A stretch of DNA of 26,971 nt from Elusimicrobiota bacterium (GCA_043826435.1 JBDRQF010000027.1:1-26971); one strand, 5' to 3'. Counted from the first letter of the stretch, positions 8,172 to 18,596 are shown. Made by a program: numbers and translations. The notes: generated by a model from the sequence alone, not told the origin.

Positions 8172-9878
8172 ATGCAGAAAACAGGAGCGGAGATATTTGT
8201 TGAGTGCTTGTTACATGAAAAGGTTGATTATCTTTTTGGAATACCTGGTGGCTCTGTTTTGCCGATATTCGACCGGCTATATGATTCACCATTGAAATTT
8301 ATTCTGACAAGGCATGAACAGGGCGCCGCCCACATGGCGGACGGCTTCGCCCGCTCTACAGGGAAGGTCGGTGTTTGCCTGGCTACTTCCGGTCCCGGGG
8401 CAGCCAATCTTACAACAGGACTTGCAACCGCTTATATGGATTCTGTTCCTGTTGTTGCTTTTACAGGACAGGTTGCCACGAATTTAATTGGAAACGATGC
8501 TTTTCAGGAAGCAGATACAACAGGTATTACACGGCCGATAACAAAACACAATTTTCTGGTTAAGGATGTTAATGAACTCGCGATTACAATCCGTCAGGCA
8601 TTTTATATTGCATCTACGGGCAGACCTGGCCCTGTGCTTGTTGACATACCCGTGGACGTTCAGAGGGGAATAGTTAATGATTTTGCCATCCCGAAAAAGG
8701 TTGAAATGAGGTCTTACAAACCCGCTCTGTCCGGCCACCCCGTACAGATTAAAAAATTGGCGGATGCGATTAATTCGGCCGGGAGGCCGGTGCTGTACGT
8801 CGGCGGAGGCGTTGTTATATCAAATGCGCACAGGGAGTTATTGAAATTAGCGGAGACATGCAATATCCCAGTTACCACCACTTTAATGGCTATTGGTGTT
8901 TTCCCGTCCGACAGCGAACTCAATATTGGTATGCTTGGTATGCATGGTATGTATTGGGCAAATCATGCGATGCAAAATGCCGATTTAATAATTGCAGTTG
9001 GTGCAAGGTTTGATGACAGGTGTACTGGTAAACTCACGACATTCGCTCCGAAGGCGAAGACGATAGCGCATATTGACATTGACCCGACGAGTATTTCAAA
9101 AAATGTCCCAACCCAGATACCTGTTGTGGGCGATATTAAAAATGTTCTGACTGATTTACTAAAACATGTTAAACCAAAAAAACACACTGACTGGTTGAAA
9201 CAGATTGATAAATGGAGAAAGGAGAAACCGCTTACCTATCCCGATGATAATAAACTCAGGCCCCAGTTTGTTGTGGAAAAAATCACCGAACTTACCCGCG
9301 GTGGAGCAATAGTTGCAACAGAAGTCGGACAGAACCAGATGTGGGCTGCCCAGTATTACAAGCCGCGGCATCCCCGGTACTTTCTCTCAAGCGGCGGACT
9401 TGGCACAATGGGTTATGGTTTTCCTGCGGCGATAGGTGCAAAATTTGGCAATCCCGGAAAAACAGTGATAGACATTGCGGGTGATGGTTCATTCCAGATG
9501 AATATTCAGGAACTTGCAACCGCAGTTGTTAATAAGGTCAATGTGGTCGTTTGTATATTGAATAATTCATACCTGGGGCTGGTCCGTCAGTGGCAGCAGA
9601 TGTTTTACAAAAATAGATATTCCGCTGTTCAGTTGTGCACCCAGCCGAATAAGCCGGGTGCATGTGGTGTGCCTGATTTTGTAAAGGTTGCACAGGCATA
9701 CGGTGCGGAGGGATACCGAATTGTGAAAAAGAAAGATGTTGTCCCGACACTGATAAAGGCGCTCAAAGTAAGGGGAAAACCCGTGATACTTGACTTTGTT
9801 GTTGAGCAGGAAGAGAATGTTCTGCCGATGGTACCGGCAGGGGCGTCGCTTGATGAAATAATAACAAGTTTGGTTTAA
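8172..9878 (+). CDS. ilvB: Acetolactate synthase large subunit (biosynthetic)
   Basis: RHEQGAAHMADG, TSGPGA, GRPGPVLVD, GMLGMHG, GARFDDR, SGGLGTMG, TPP-binding GDGSFQMN...LNN. Confidence 0.96.
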   Translation: MQKTGAEIFVECLLHEKVDYLFGIPGGSVLPIFDRLYDSPLKFILTRHEQGAAHMADGFARSTGKVGVCLATSGPGAANLTTGLATAYMDSVPVVAFTGQVATNLIGNDAFQEADTTGITRPITKHNFLVKDVNELAITIRQAFYIASTGRPGPVLVDIPVDVQRGIVNDFAIPKKVEMRSYKPALSGHPVQIKKLADAINSAGRPVLYVGGGVVISNAHRELLKLAETCNIPVTTTLMAIGVFPSDSELNIGMLGMHGMYWANHAMQNADLIIAVGARFDDRCTGKLTTFAPKAKTIAHIDIDPTSISKNVPTQIPVVGDIKNVLTDLLKHVKPKKHTDWLKQIDKWRKEKPLTYPDDNKLRPQFVVEKITELTRGGAIVATEVGQNQMWAAQYYKPRHPRYFLSSGGLGTMGYGFPAAIGAKFGNPGKTVIDIAGDGSFQMNIQELATAVVNKVNVVVCILNNSYLGLVRQWQQMFYKNRYSAVQLCTQPNKPGACGVPDFVKVAQAYGAEGYRIVKKKDVVPTLIKALKVRGKPVILDFVVEQEENVLPMVPAGASLDEIITSLV

Positions 9879-9912
9879 TAGTTAGAAAAAATTCCGGATA
9901 ATTGGAGGTCTT

Positions 9913-10389
9913 ATGAAACACACTGTATCAGCGCTTGTAGAGAACAAGGCAGGGGTACTGGCAAGGATAGCGACGCTCTTCGCTGCCAGGGGGTTTAACA
10001 TTGATTCACTGGCGGTAGGGGAAACCGACGACCCGTCTGTTTCAAGAATGACAATCGTCGTTCGTGGCGATGAAAAAATTCTTGAACAGGTGGAAAAACA
10101 ACTGAATAAATTAGTTGACATTATAAAGGTGTGGGAATATTCAAAGACAGAACACATTGAGAGGGATCTGGCGCTTATCAAGGTTAAAACAGACAAGTCA
10201 AACCGCGCCGAGATTCTGCAGATAGTTAATATATTCAGGGCGGATATAATAGATGTATGTCATGATGCGGTGATTATTGAGGTCACTGGGGACGAGGATA
10301 AAATCCAGGCGATGGTGCGTCTGCTTAAGCCATACGGCATAAGGGAGATGGTCAGGACCGGCATTGTGGCGATGGCAAGGGGTAGATAA
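9913..10389 (+). CDS. ilvN: Acetolactate synthase small regulatory subunit
   Basis: ACT domain LVENKAGVLARI...RGFNIDSL, KQLNKLVD, EMVRTG; GGAGGT RBS. Confidence 0.95.
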   Translation: MKHTVSALVENKAGVLARIATLFAARGFNIDSLAVGETDDPSVSRMTIVVRGDEKILEQVEKQLNKLVDIIKVWEYSKTEHIERDLALIKVKTDKSNRAEILQIVNIFRADIIDVCHDAVIIEVTGDEDKIQAMVRLLKPYGIREMVRTGIVAMARGR

Positions 10390-10408
10390 CACACAGGAGG
10401 AAAAGCAC

Positions 10409-11464
10409 ATGGTAAAACTGAATTTTGGCGGTGTCAGCGAAGAAGTCGTAACCAGGGACGAGTATCCGCTTTCAAAGGCGAAAGAAACACTTAAGGGGGA
10501 AACCCTTGCCGTTATCGGCTACGGCGTGCAGGGGCCTGCCCAGTCATTGAACCTGCGTGATAACGGAATAAATGTTATTGTCGGACAGCGGCAGGAAGAA
10601 AAACAGTACTGGCAGAAAGCCCTTGAAGACGGGTGGAAACCCGGGGAAACTTTGTTCCCCATTGAAGAGGCGGCGGAAAAGGGTAGTATTATAATGTACC
10701 TCATTTCCGACGCGGGTCAGATGGCGCAGTGGAAAAATATCCAACCGCATCTTAAAAAGGGTAAAGCCCTGTATTTCTCACACGGTTTTTCAATTGTGTA
10801 CAGTAAACAGACGGGCATAGTCCCGTCTGAAGGCATTGACGTTATTCTGGTCGCCCCCAAGGGTTCCGGCAGGTCGGTCAGGGAGAACTTTCTTAAAGGC
10901 AGCGGGATAAACAGCAGTTATGCCGTTTACTTAGATTCAACAGGCAGGGCGAAAGACAGGGTGCTTTCAGTAGGCATCGGTATCGGCTCCGGATATTTAT
11001 TTCAGACAACTTTTGAAAACGAGGTTCACAGCGATTTGACGGGCGAAAGGGGTGTTTTGATGGGCGCCATAGCCGGCATTATGGAAGCCCAGTATAACCT
11101 TTTAAGGAAACACGGACATTCCCCGTCTGAGGCGTTCAATGAAACGGTGGAAGAACTCACAAGGAGTTTAATACCTCTTGTAGCGGAAAAGGGTATGGAC
11201 TGGATGTATGCAAATTGTAGCACTACCGCCCAGAGGGGCGCCCTTGACTGGAGGCATGAATTCAGGAAGGCGGTAGAACCGGTATTTGACCGTCTGTACA
11301 AGAGCGTGTTATCGGGCAAGGAAACCGAAATCGTCTTAAAGGCGAACTCTGCGCCCGACTATAAAGAGAAACTGGATAAAGAGTTGTCGGAAATGAGAAA
11401 TTCCGAAATGTGGCAGACAGGAACGGTGGTAAGGTCGTTGAGACCGGAAGCAGTCAAGAAATAA
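10409..11464 (+). CDS. ilvC: Ketol-acid reductoisomerase (Bacteroidota/fungal Ilv5-like type)
   Basis: GYGVQG Rossmann motif, YFSHGFS, VAPKGSG, SDLTGERGVLMG, SEAFNETVEE, NCSTTAQRGALDW. Start ATG 10409 after AGGAGG. Confidence 0.95.
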   Translation: MVKLNFGGVSEEVVTRDEYPLSKAKETLKGETLAVIGYGVQGPAQSLNLRDNGINVIVGQRQEEKQYWQKALEDGWKPGETLFPIEEAAEKGSIIMYLISDAGQMAQWKNIQPHLKKGKALYFSHGFSIVYSKQTGIVPSEGIDVILVAPKGSGRSVRENFLKGSGINSSYAVYLDSTGRAKDRVLSVGIGIGSGYLFQTTFENEVHSDLTGERGVLMGAIAGIMEAQYNLLRKHGHSPSEAFNETVEELTRSLIPLVAEKGMDWMYANCSTTAQRGALDWRHEFRKAVEPVFDRLYKSVLSGKETEIVLKANSAPDYKEKLDKELSEMRNSEMWQTGTVVRSLRPEAVKK

Positions 11465-11466
11465 TC

Positions 11467-12027
11467 ATGGGTTTTTTCCTTTTCGCTGCCTTATTTTTTC
11501 TGTTCGGTTTATTCTTGCTTTACTTCTTCCGCGACCCTGAAAGAAAAATAAACCAGGATGAAAAACACATCCTGGCGCCCGCTGACGGTAAAGTCATGGA
11601 AGTCATGGAAGAAAACGGCAGGAAGACAATCAGGATTTTTATGTCGCCGCTGGATGTTCATATTCAACGGGCGCCTGTCCGCGGTATCGTTGAGTCGGTT
11701 GAATATAAAAAAGGTAAATTCCTGCAGGCATTCAGAAAACAAGCCTCAGTTGAGAATGAACAGAATATTATCCGCCTTGGCGGAGACGCTGGTGGCTTGG
11801 AGATAAAGCAGATAGCGGGCGTTCTTGCCAGAAGAATAGAGTGCTGGGTTAAGCCAGGGCAGCGACTTGGACAGGGCGAGCGTTTAGGTATGATAAAATT
11901 GGGTTCACAGGTTGATTTAACCCTGTCCGCCGGTTTGTCTAAAATCGTTGTCCTGAAAGTAAAGCAGGGAGAAAAGGTGCAGGCGGGTAAAACGGTTATC
12001 GGAGATATATCCGAGGGAAAAACATGA
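11467..12027 (+). CDS. psd: Phosphatidylserine decarboxylase proenzyme (short type)
   Basis: N-terminal TM, FFRDPER, APADG, IFMSPLDVH, NEQN, QIAG..ARRI, pyruvoyl site KLGS. Start ATG 11467, just after the ilvC stop. Confidence 0.92.
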   Translation: MGFFLFAALFFLFGLFLLYFFRDPERKINQDEKHILAPADGKVMEVMEENGRKTIRIFMSPLDVHIQRAPVRGIVESVEYKKGKFLQAFRKQASVENEQNIIRLGGDAGGLEIKQIAGVLARRIECWVKPGQRLGQGERLGMIKLGSQVDLTLSAGLSKIVVLKVKQGEKVQAGKTVIGDISEGKT

Positions 12028-12794
12028 AATTTGGAATATATTTGGCAAGTATAATTACAATTGCAAACATGGCCTCTGGTATGTATTCAATTTTAAATTC
12101 CATCCAGCAGAGATACACGGCTGCTGCGTGGCTGATATTACTTTCTGTTTTTCTGGATGGGATAGATGGGATTGTCGCCCGTGCTACCAGGACTACAAGT
12201 TTGTTGGGCGTTGAATTGGACTCCTTTTCGGATTTTGTATCATTTTGCATAGCCCCTGTCGTTATGATGTATTTTATTGTGCTCAAACAATTAGGGGTGC
12301 CCGGGATGGCAGTGGGATTTGTTTATATTGTTTTTGGTGCCCTGCGGCTTGCCAAATTTAATATTATTTCCTTTGATATGAAATCACCCGCGCCGTATTT
12401 TGAGGGTCTTCCGACGACGGCCGCAGGAGGCATACTTGCTTCTTTCGTTTTAATATTTGAACTGTTTGAAAGGTTTGAGCAGGGGCTGACCCATAAGGCA
12501 ATCCCGGTTTTGATGAATAGGGTGCCTTTTATTTTTGAGATACTGCCCGTGGTCATACTGATACTGGGTTTCCTGATGGTTTCAAAATTGAGATACACGG
12601 CGTTTTCAAAACTGAAGGCGTCAAAGAGGATGTCGTTGAGATTTTTTCTATTGCTGATTGTGGCTGTTCTGCTAATAGTCGCCTACCCTGAAAACATAAT
12701 ATTTGTGATTTTTGTTACATATTTGATTTCAGGAATAGTTAATTATTTCTGGCGGATGTATCAGATGAGCCGTAAAGGGCGGAGACATGTGTAA
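12024..12794 (+). CDS. pssA: CDP-diacylglycerol--serine O-phosphatidyltransferase
   Basis: CDP-alcohol phosphotransferase motif DGIDGIVAR...GVELDSFSD, ALRLAKFN, YFEGLP; ATGA overlap with psd. Confidence 0.92.
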   Translation: MKFGIYLASIITIANMASGMYSILNSIQQRYTAAAWLILLSVFLDGIDGIVARATRTTSLLGVELDSFSDFVSFCIAPVVMMYFIVLKQLGVPGMAVGFVYIVFGALRLAKFNIISFDMKSPAPYFEGLPTTAAGGILASFVLIFELFERFEQGLTHKAIPVLMNRVPFIFEILPVVILILGFLMVSKLRYTAFSKLKASKRMSLRFFLLLIVAVLLIVAYPENIIFVIFVTYLISGIVNYFWRMYQMSRKGRRHV

Positions 12795-12806
12795 ACGCGT
12801 TTTTAT

Positions 12807-14414
12807 ATGAATAAAATACTAATCTTTGATACAACACTGAGAGACGGGGAGCAATGCCCGGGCGCAAGTTTGAACCCGGCGCAAAAACTTGAAATCGCGC
12901 GGCAGTTAGACCTGTTAGGCGTGGATATAATAGAGGCGGGGTTTCCGGTTTCAAGCCCGGGTGATTTTGAGTCGGTAAAACTTGTGGCGAAGAAGGTCAG
13001 GGGGCCCGTCATATCGGGGCTTGCAAGGGCGGTCAGAAAAGACATTGAGACATGCGCCGAGGCGATAGCGCCTGCCGCGAGGAAAAGGATTCACACTTTC
13101 ATTGCTACGTCCGACATCCACCTGAAGTATAAACTGAAAAAAAGCAGGGAGGATGTCCTGGATATTACACGTGAAGCGGTAAGGTATGCCCGCAATCTGT
13201 GCGATGACGTTGAGTTCTCAGCCGAGGACGCAGCCCGCAGCGACATTGACTATCTCTGCAGAGTAGTTGAGACGGCGGTTAAGGCGGGAGCGGCGACGAT
13301 AAACATTCCCGACACCGTGGGTTATACCGTGCCGGATGAATTTTCAAACATCATAAAAACCCTGCTTGAAAAGGTTCCCCTGCTGGACAGGGTCGTATTG
13401 AGTGTGCATTGCCACAATGACCTGGGGCTCGCTGTTTCCAATTCAATCTCCGCCATAATCAACGGCGCCAGGCAGGTGGAATGCACCATAAACGGCATAG
13501 GCGAGCGGGCGGGGAATGCCAGTTTGGAAGAGATTGTTATGATACTCAGGACAAGAAGAGCGTTTTTCAGGAGGTTTAACATTGAACCGCCTTCAGTTGA
13601 CGCCAGGCAGATATACAAAACCAGCAGGATGGTTTCACATCTCACAGGGTTAGCAGTTCAGCCCAACAAGGCAATAGTGGGGGCAAATGCTTTTGCACAC
13701 GAGGCGGGCATTCATCAGGACGGTGTCCTCAAGAAGCGGCTTACCTATGAGATAATGACGCCCCAGTCGGTGGGTATTCCATCAAGCAATATTGTTCTTG
13801 GGAAACACTCGGGCAGGCATGCGTTCTCAAAACGTCTGGGCGAGATGGGTTTCAGTGTCCGCTCCTCGTTGGTGGACTCTCTTTTCCGTGAGTTTAAGGC
13901 GCTTACCGATAAGAAGAAATACGTGTTTGATGAGGACATAATATCCCTTGTTGAGGAGAGGACAACGAAGAAGCATAAGTTTTTTTCCATGGCTGGTTTT
14001 CGGGTCACCACGGGCACGTCTCTTACCCCGGATGCAACGGTTAAACTCCATGTGAGACAGCCCGGTTCGCAGAGGACAGTTACCCTGCAGGAGAGCGCCT
14101 CGGGGGACGGGCCCGTTGACGCGGCGTTTAAGGCGGCGGATAAGATCGTCGCAAAATGCCTTAAATGGAAGAGTCATCCGAAACTGATTGATTATTCTAT
14201 AAGGTCGGTAACAATCGGCAAGGATGCCCAGGGCGAGGTATCGTTGAAAGTCAGGTACGGCGGGGATATTTGGACGGGCAGGGGGACTTCAACCGATATA
14301 CTTGAAGGCAGCATAAAGTCATACATAGATGTTTTAAATAAAATCGTCCAGCCGGTTGCAGAGAAGAACAGAATAAAACAAAGGTGCAGATGTAGGACGG
14401 ATGCAGGACAATAA
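12807..14414 (+). CDS. leuA: 2-isopropylmalate synthase
   Basis: [55 protein letters not shown]-terminal regulatory domain GDGPVDA...DAQGE. Confidence 0.95.
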   Translation: MNKILIFDTTLRDGEQCPGASLNPAQKLEIARQLDLLGVDIIEAGFPVSSPGDFESVKLVAKKVRGPVISGLARAVRKDIETCAEAIAPAARKRIHTFIATSDIHLKYKLKKSREDVLDITREAVRYARNLCDDVEFSAEDAARSDIDYLCRVVETAVKAGAATINIPDTVGYTVPDEFSNIIKTLLEKVPLLDRVVLSVHCHNDLGLAVSNSISAIINGARQVECTINGIGERAGNASLEEIVMILRTRRAFFRRFNIEPPSVDARQIYKTSRMVSHLTGLAVQPNKAIVGANAFAHEAGIHQDGVLKKRLTYEIMTPQSVGIPSSNIVLGKHSGRHAFSKRLGEMGFSVRSSLVDSLFREFKALTDKKKYVFDEDIISLVEERTTKKHKFFSMAGFRVTTGTSLTPDATVKLHVRQPGSQRTVTLQESASGDGPVDAAFKAADKIVAKCLKWKSHPKLIDYSIRSVTIGKDAQGEVSLKVRYGGDIWTGRGTSTDILEGSIKSYIDVLNKIVQPVAEKNRIKQRCRCRTDAGQ

Positions 14415-14415
14415 A

Positions 14416-15639
14416 ATGGCTAAACAAACATTAACGCAAAAGGTACTCGCGAAACACTGCGGCAAGAAAACAGTTATGCCGGGAGAGTTTATAGAGGCAA
14501 AGGTTGACATCGCCCTCAGCAATGATATTACCTCCCCGCTGGCAATTGAACAGTTTAAGAAATTCGGGCTGGAGAGGGTGTTTAACAAAAACAGGGTGGT
14601 GATAGTCCTTGATCATTTTACGCCCAACAAGGACATATCCTCCGCCCAGCAGTGTAAATTCATAAGAGAGTTTGCGACGGAACAGAAACTTAAATATTTC
14701 TTTGACGGCGGGAGGGTCGGCATAGAACACGCACTCCTGCCCGAGCAGAAGATTGTTTTACCGGGGCAGGTGGTTATAGGAGCGGACTCGCATACCTGCA
14801 CTTACGGGGCGCTCGGAGCTTTCGCTACCGGCGTCGGTTCAACGGACATTTCCGTCGTCTGGGCGACGGGAAAAATCTGGCTGAAAGTCCCCGCGGCGGT
14901 TAAGTTCGTATATTCAGGCAGGAGGAATAAATGGGTTTACGGCAAGGACCTCATACTCTGGACGATAGGTAAAATAGGTGTTGACGGGGCGAACTACAAA
15001 ACGATGGAGTTTACAGGTCGCGTAATAGAATCAATGCCCATGCCGGAAAAATTCACAATGTGCAACATGTCAATAGAGGGCGGGGCGAAAAACGGAATAA
15101 TGGAAAACAGGGCGAAAGGCCTGACTTCCGACAGGGACGCCGGATATGAGGGCGTCATGGAGATAGACGTAGGTAAAATAGAACCGCAGGTCGCTTTCCC
15201 GCACCTGCCGTCCAAGTCCAGACCGGTTTCAGAAGCGGACGGAATATCAATAGACCAGGCGGTTATAGGTTCGTGCACGAACGGATGGCTCAGCGATTTA
15301 CGCATTGCAGCGAAAATACTGAAAGGCAAAAAGGCCCACCCGCGTGTGCGTCTTCTGGTTTTTCCCGCGACCCCGCAGATTTACCTGCGAGCAGTAAAGG
15401 AAGGGCTTGTTGACGTGTTTGTCCGGGCAGGGGGCATTGTGAACCCGCCGACGTGCGGGCCATGCCTGGGAGGCCATTTGGGTATCCTTGCAAAAGGGGA
15501 AAGGTGTATAGCGACGACAAACAGAAATTTTGTCGGCAGGATGGGGCACACGGAGAGCGAGGTGTATCTTTCAAACCCTGCTGTTGCCGCCGCCTCCGCT
15601 ATAGCCGGAAAAATTGTTCACCCGGAAAAGGTCGTTTGA
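14416..15639 (+). CDS. leuC: 3-isopropylmalate dehydratase large subunit (short LeuC/HacA-like type)
   Basis: [42 protein letters not shown]. Start is ATG 14416 or ATG 14401. Confidence 0.93.
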   Translation: MAKQTLTQKVLAKHCGKKTVMPGEFIEAKVDIALSNDITSPLAIEQFKKFGLERVFNKNRVVIVLDHFTPNKDISSAQQCKFIREFATEQKLKYFFDGGRVGIEHALLPEQKIVLPGQVVIGADSHTCTYGALGAFATGVGSTDISVVWATGKIWLKVPAAVKFVYSGRRNKWVYGKDLILWTIGKIGVDGANYKTMEFTGRVIESMPMPEKFTMCNMSIEGGAKNGIMENRAKGLTSDRDAGYEGVMEIDVGKIEPQVAFPHLPSKSRPVSEADGISIDQAVIGSCTNGWLSDLRIAAKILKGKKAHPRVRLLVFPATPQIYLRAVKEGLVDVFVRAGGIVNPPTCGPCLGGHLGILAKGERCIATTNRNFVGRMGHTESEVYLSNPAVAAASAIAGKIVHPEKVV

Positions 15640-15685
15640 CAAAGGGACGGCGGGATAACGCCGGTCCTGAAGGAGGGCAGATTAA

Positions 15686-15967
15686 ATGCCGCTACCAGAA
15701 CAAAAGAAGATGATTCGTGAGCCGGTTAAGGTAATAATCTATCTGAGCAACTGCAGGATACGTGGTACGATTTACCTTGACCTTGAAGCGAGGATTTCCG
15801 ATTTCATAAACAACGACCTGCAATTTATTCCGCTGAGGGACGCTCATGTGGAATCAATTGAATCAGGGAAAAAATGGTCATACACCGTAAATTTTATGAA
15901 CCTGAACAAGGACTACGTTATTTCTGTTTTTCCTGAAGAGGACGCGCCAAAGGGGTTCGGCGCATAG
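15686..15967 (+). CDS. Small cytoplasmic hypothetical protein (DUF6812-like)
   Basis: 93 aa with AGGAGG RBS; pattern RIRGTIYL..ARISDFIN..FIPLRDA...FMNLNKDYV. Family label is from recall only. Confidence 0.7.
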   Translation: MPLPEQKKMIREPVKVIIYLSNCRIRGTIYLDLEARISDFINNDLQFIPLRDAHVESIESGKKWSYTVNFMNLNKDYVISVFPEEDAPKGFGA

Positions 15968-16005
15968 GCGCATAAGGGAGCGAAATTGGCGGGCAGGCGG
16001 ATTAT

Positions 16006-16503
16006 ATGAAAATATCAGGCAGGGTTATAAAATACGGGGACGACATAAATACGGACGTAATAATCCCCGCAAGGTACCTGAACACTTCCGACCCGGACAA
16101 ACTGGCTTCCCATTGCATGGAAGACCTGGATGCCGGTTTTGTAAAAACAGTTAAGACAAATGGAATTTTGTGCGCCGGGAAAAACTTCGGTTGCGGCTCC
16201 TCAAGGGAACACGCCCCGCTTTCCATTAAACATGCGGGAGTGTCGTGCATTATTGCAGAGTCGTTCGCCAGGATATTTTTCAGGAACGCCATAAACATAG
16301 GCCTGCCCATTATTGAGGCGGCCGAAGCAAGCAGGGATGCGGAAACAAACGACACGATTGAAATTGATTTGTCGTCGGGCAGGATAAAAAACGTCACAAA
16401 GGGAAGAGGATACGGGTTCGTCCCGTGGACGGAGTTTATTTTAGGGATTATAAGTTCAGGCGGGCTGGTTGAATACACAAAAAACAAAATGAAAGGAAAA
16501 TAA
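16006..16503 (+). CDS. leuD: 3-isopropylmalate dehydratase small subunit
   Basis: GDDINTDVIIPARYL, NFGCGSSREHA, SFARIFFRNAINIGL. Confidence 0.94.
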   Translation: MKISGRVIKYGDDINTDVIIPARYLNTSDPDKLASHCMEDLDAGFVKTVKTNGILCAGKNFGCGSSREHAPLSIKHAGVSCIIAESFARIFFRNAINIGLPIIEAAEASRDAETNDTIEIDLSSGRIKNVTKGRGYGFVPWTEFILGIISSGGLVEYTKNKMKGK

Positions 16504-16504
16504 A

Positions 16505-17569
16505 ATGTCAAAAAAAACCTACAGGATAGGAGTCATACCCGGAGACGGTGTCGGACCGGAATGCATCAGGGAAGGGCTGAAAGTTCTTAAAACGGCATGC
16601 CACAGGGAAAAGGTAAACCTGGAGTTTGTCAGTTATGATTTTTCAGGCGAGAGGTACCTTAAAACGGGAGAAATCCTGCCTGATTCGGCAATTGAGGAGT
16701 TTAAAAAATTGGATGCGATTTATCTGGGTGCCGTCGGCGACCCGAGGGTAAAACCCGGCATTCTGGAAAAGGAATTACTCCTGAAAATAAGATTTTCACT
16801 TGACCAGTACATAAACCTCAGGCCTGTTGTGCTGTACCCGGGCGTTTGGACCCCGTTGAGGGACAAAACACCCGAACAGATTGATTTTGTAATAGTCAGG
16901 GAAAACACCGAAGGGCTTTATTGCGGCATTGGCGGATTTTTCAAGAAAGGGACAGAAGACGAGGTCGCCACGCAATTAGAAGTAAATACCTATAAAGGCG
17001 TTGATAGGTGCATAAGATATGCTTTTGACTACTGCAGAAAAAGGAACAAAAAGAAAAAACTCACGATGGTTGACAAGTCAAACGTGCTGACCTACGGGCA
17101 TGACCTGTGGATGAGGGTTTTTGATAAACGCGCAAAGGAAAACACGGACGTTCAGAACGACCATATGTACGTTGACGCCTGCTGTATGTGGATGGTGAAG
17201 AACCCCGAATGGTTTGACGTTATAGTCACGAACAACATGTTCGGCGACATTATTACCGATTTGGGAGCAATGATACAGGGTGGGATGGGCGTTGCTGCAG
17301 GAGGGAACATAAACCCGGGCGGTGTTTCAATGTTTGAACCGATACACGGTTCCGCCCCGAAATACACGGGAAAAAACGTTATAAACCCCATTGCAACGAT
17401 TTCCGCTGGGGCGATGATGATGGACGTCCTGGGTGAGAGCGGGACCGCCGGCTTGATTGAGTCGGCGATTAAAAAACTCCTGTCATCGGGAAAAATAAAA
17501 TCAATGGATGCAGGAAAGATGGGTGCGTCAACGTCCGCCGTCGGAGATATGGTCGCCGCTGAGATATAA
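16505..17569 (+). CDS. leuB: 3-isopropylmalate dehydrogenase (type 2, tartrate dehydrogenase-like clade)
   Basis: IPGDGVGPE, YINLRP, VRENTEGLY, DKSNVL, NMFGDIITD, FEPIHGSAP; lies in a leu operon. Confidence 0.9.
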   Translation: MSKKTYRIGVIPGDGVGPECIREGLKVLKTACHREKVNLEFVSYDFSGERYLKTGEILPDSAIEEFKKLDAIYLGAVGDPRVKPGILEKELLLKIRFSLDQYINLRPVVLYPGVWTPLRDKTPEQIDFVIVRENTEGLYCGIGGFFKKGTEDEVATQLEVNTYKGVDRCIRYAFDYCRKRNKKKKLTMVDKSNVLTYGHDLWMRVFDKRAKENTDVQNDHMYVDACCMWMVKNPEWFDVIVTNNMFGDIITDLGAMIQGGMGVAAGGNINPGGVSMFEPIHGSAPKYTGKNVINPIATISAGAMMMDVLGESGTAGLIESAIKKLLSSGKIKSMDAGKMGASTSAVGDMVAAEI

Positions 17570-17570
17570 C

Positions 17571-18596
17571 ATGAAAAAATACAATGTAGGCGTGGTGGGT
17601 ATAGGGCTTGTCGGTTCCGAAATGGTGAAGGTCATCGGGAAGAGAAATTTCCCGGTTGACAAATTAAGAATCTTCGCCACGAGGGAAAGGATGGAGGAAA
17701 TCGCAGGACAAAAATACAGCATAGAAGTGGCGAAAAACGACTCGTTTAAGGATATTGACATCGTCTTTTTCGCCGGGACGGAAGGGGCTAAAGGCGCATC
17801 CCGGCAGTTCGGTTGGAAAGCGGTTGAGCAGGGGGCTTTTGTGATAGACAACGGCGACGATTACAGGATGGACCCGCGCGTCCCGCTGGTCGTCCCTGAA
17901 GTGAACAGCCACCACCTTTCAAAAGACAAAAGGTTCATTGCCAACCCGAACTGTTCAACCATACAGATGGTGGTTGCCCTGGCTCCGTTGCACAGGGCTG
18001 CCCGGATGAAGAGGGTTGTAGTTTCTACCTACCAGTCCGTCTCAGGAACGGGCAGGGCTGCGGTTACCGAACTTGAACGGCAGACAGCCGCGCTGGTTTC
18101 AGACCCGGACGCGACGCCGGAAATAAGCGTTTACCCGAAGAGGATTGCGTTTAACGTTTTTCCCCATATCGGCACAGGGCCCGACGGAGAATTCCCCGGT
18201 TACTACAGTGAAGAGGTGAAAATGATAAAGGAAACGCGGAAAATATTTGACGCCCCGGGCATGGCTGTTTCAGCCACGTGCGTTAGGGTGCCTGTATTTT
18301 TCGGACATTCGGAATCAATAAATGTCCAGTTTGAAAAGAAAATTTCAGCAGAGGAGGCAAGGGATATACTGAGAAAATCCCCCGGTGTCCGGGTCATGGA
18401 TGAGCCGCAGAACAACGTCTATCCGGTGCCGCTGGAAGCCGCCGGCAGGGACGACGTTTATGTCGGCAGAATCCGCCAGGACCCGTCCTGCGAGAACGCC
18501 CTGGATATATGGGTCGTTGCGGACAATATCCTGAAGGGAGCGGCGTTGAATGCAGTCCAGATAGGGGAAAAACTCCTTGAAATGAATATTCTATGA
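17571..18596 (+). CDS. asd: Aspartate-semialdehyde dehydrogenase
   Basis: VPLVVPEVN, IANPNCSTIQM, STYQSVSGTG, ATCVRVPVFFGHSE, VADNILKGAALNAVQ. Start ATG 17571. Confidence 0.94.
   Translation: MKKYNVGVVGIGLVGSEMVKVIGKRNFPVDKLRIFATRERMEEIAGQKYSIEVAKNDSFKDIDIVFFAGTEGAKGASRQFGWKAVEQGAFVIDNGDDYRMDPRVPLVVPEVNSHHLSKDKRFIANPNCSTIQMVVALAPLHRAARMKRVVVSTYQSVSGTGRAAVTELERQTAALVSDPDATPEISVYPKRIAFNVFPHIGTGPDGEFPGYYSEEVKMIKETRKIFDAPGMAVSATCVRVPVFFGHSESINVQFEKKISAEEARDILRKSPGVRVMDEPQNNVYPVPLEAAGRDDVYVGRIRQDPSCENALDIWVVADNILKGAALNAVQIGEKLLEMNIL

Noticed and set aside
11467..12794. psd-pssA between ilvC and leuA as a novelty
   Set aside because: The ilvBNC-psd-pssA-leuA order is a known arrangement in several bacterial groups.
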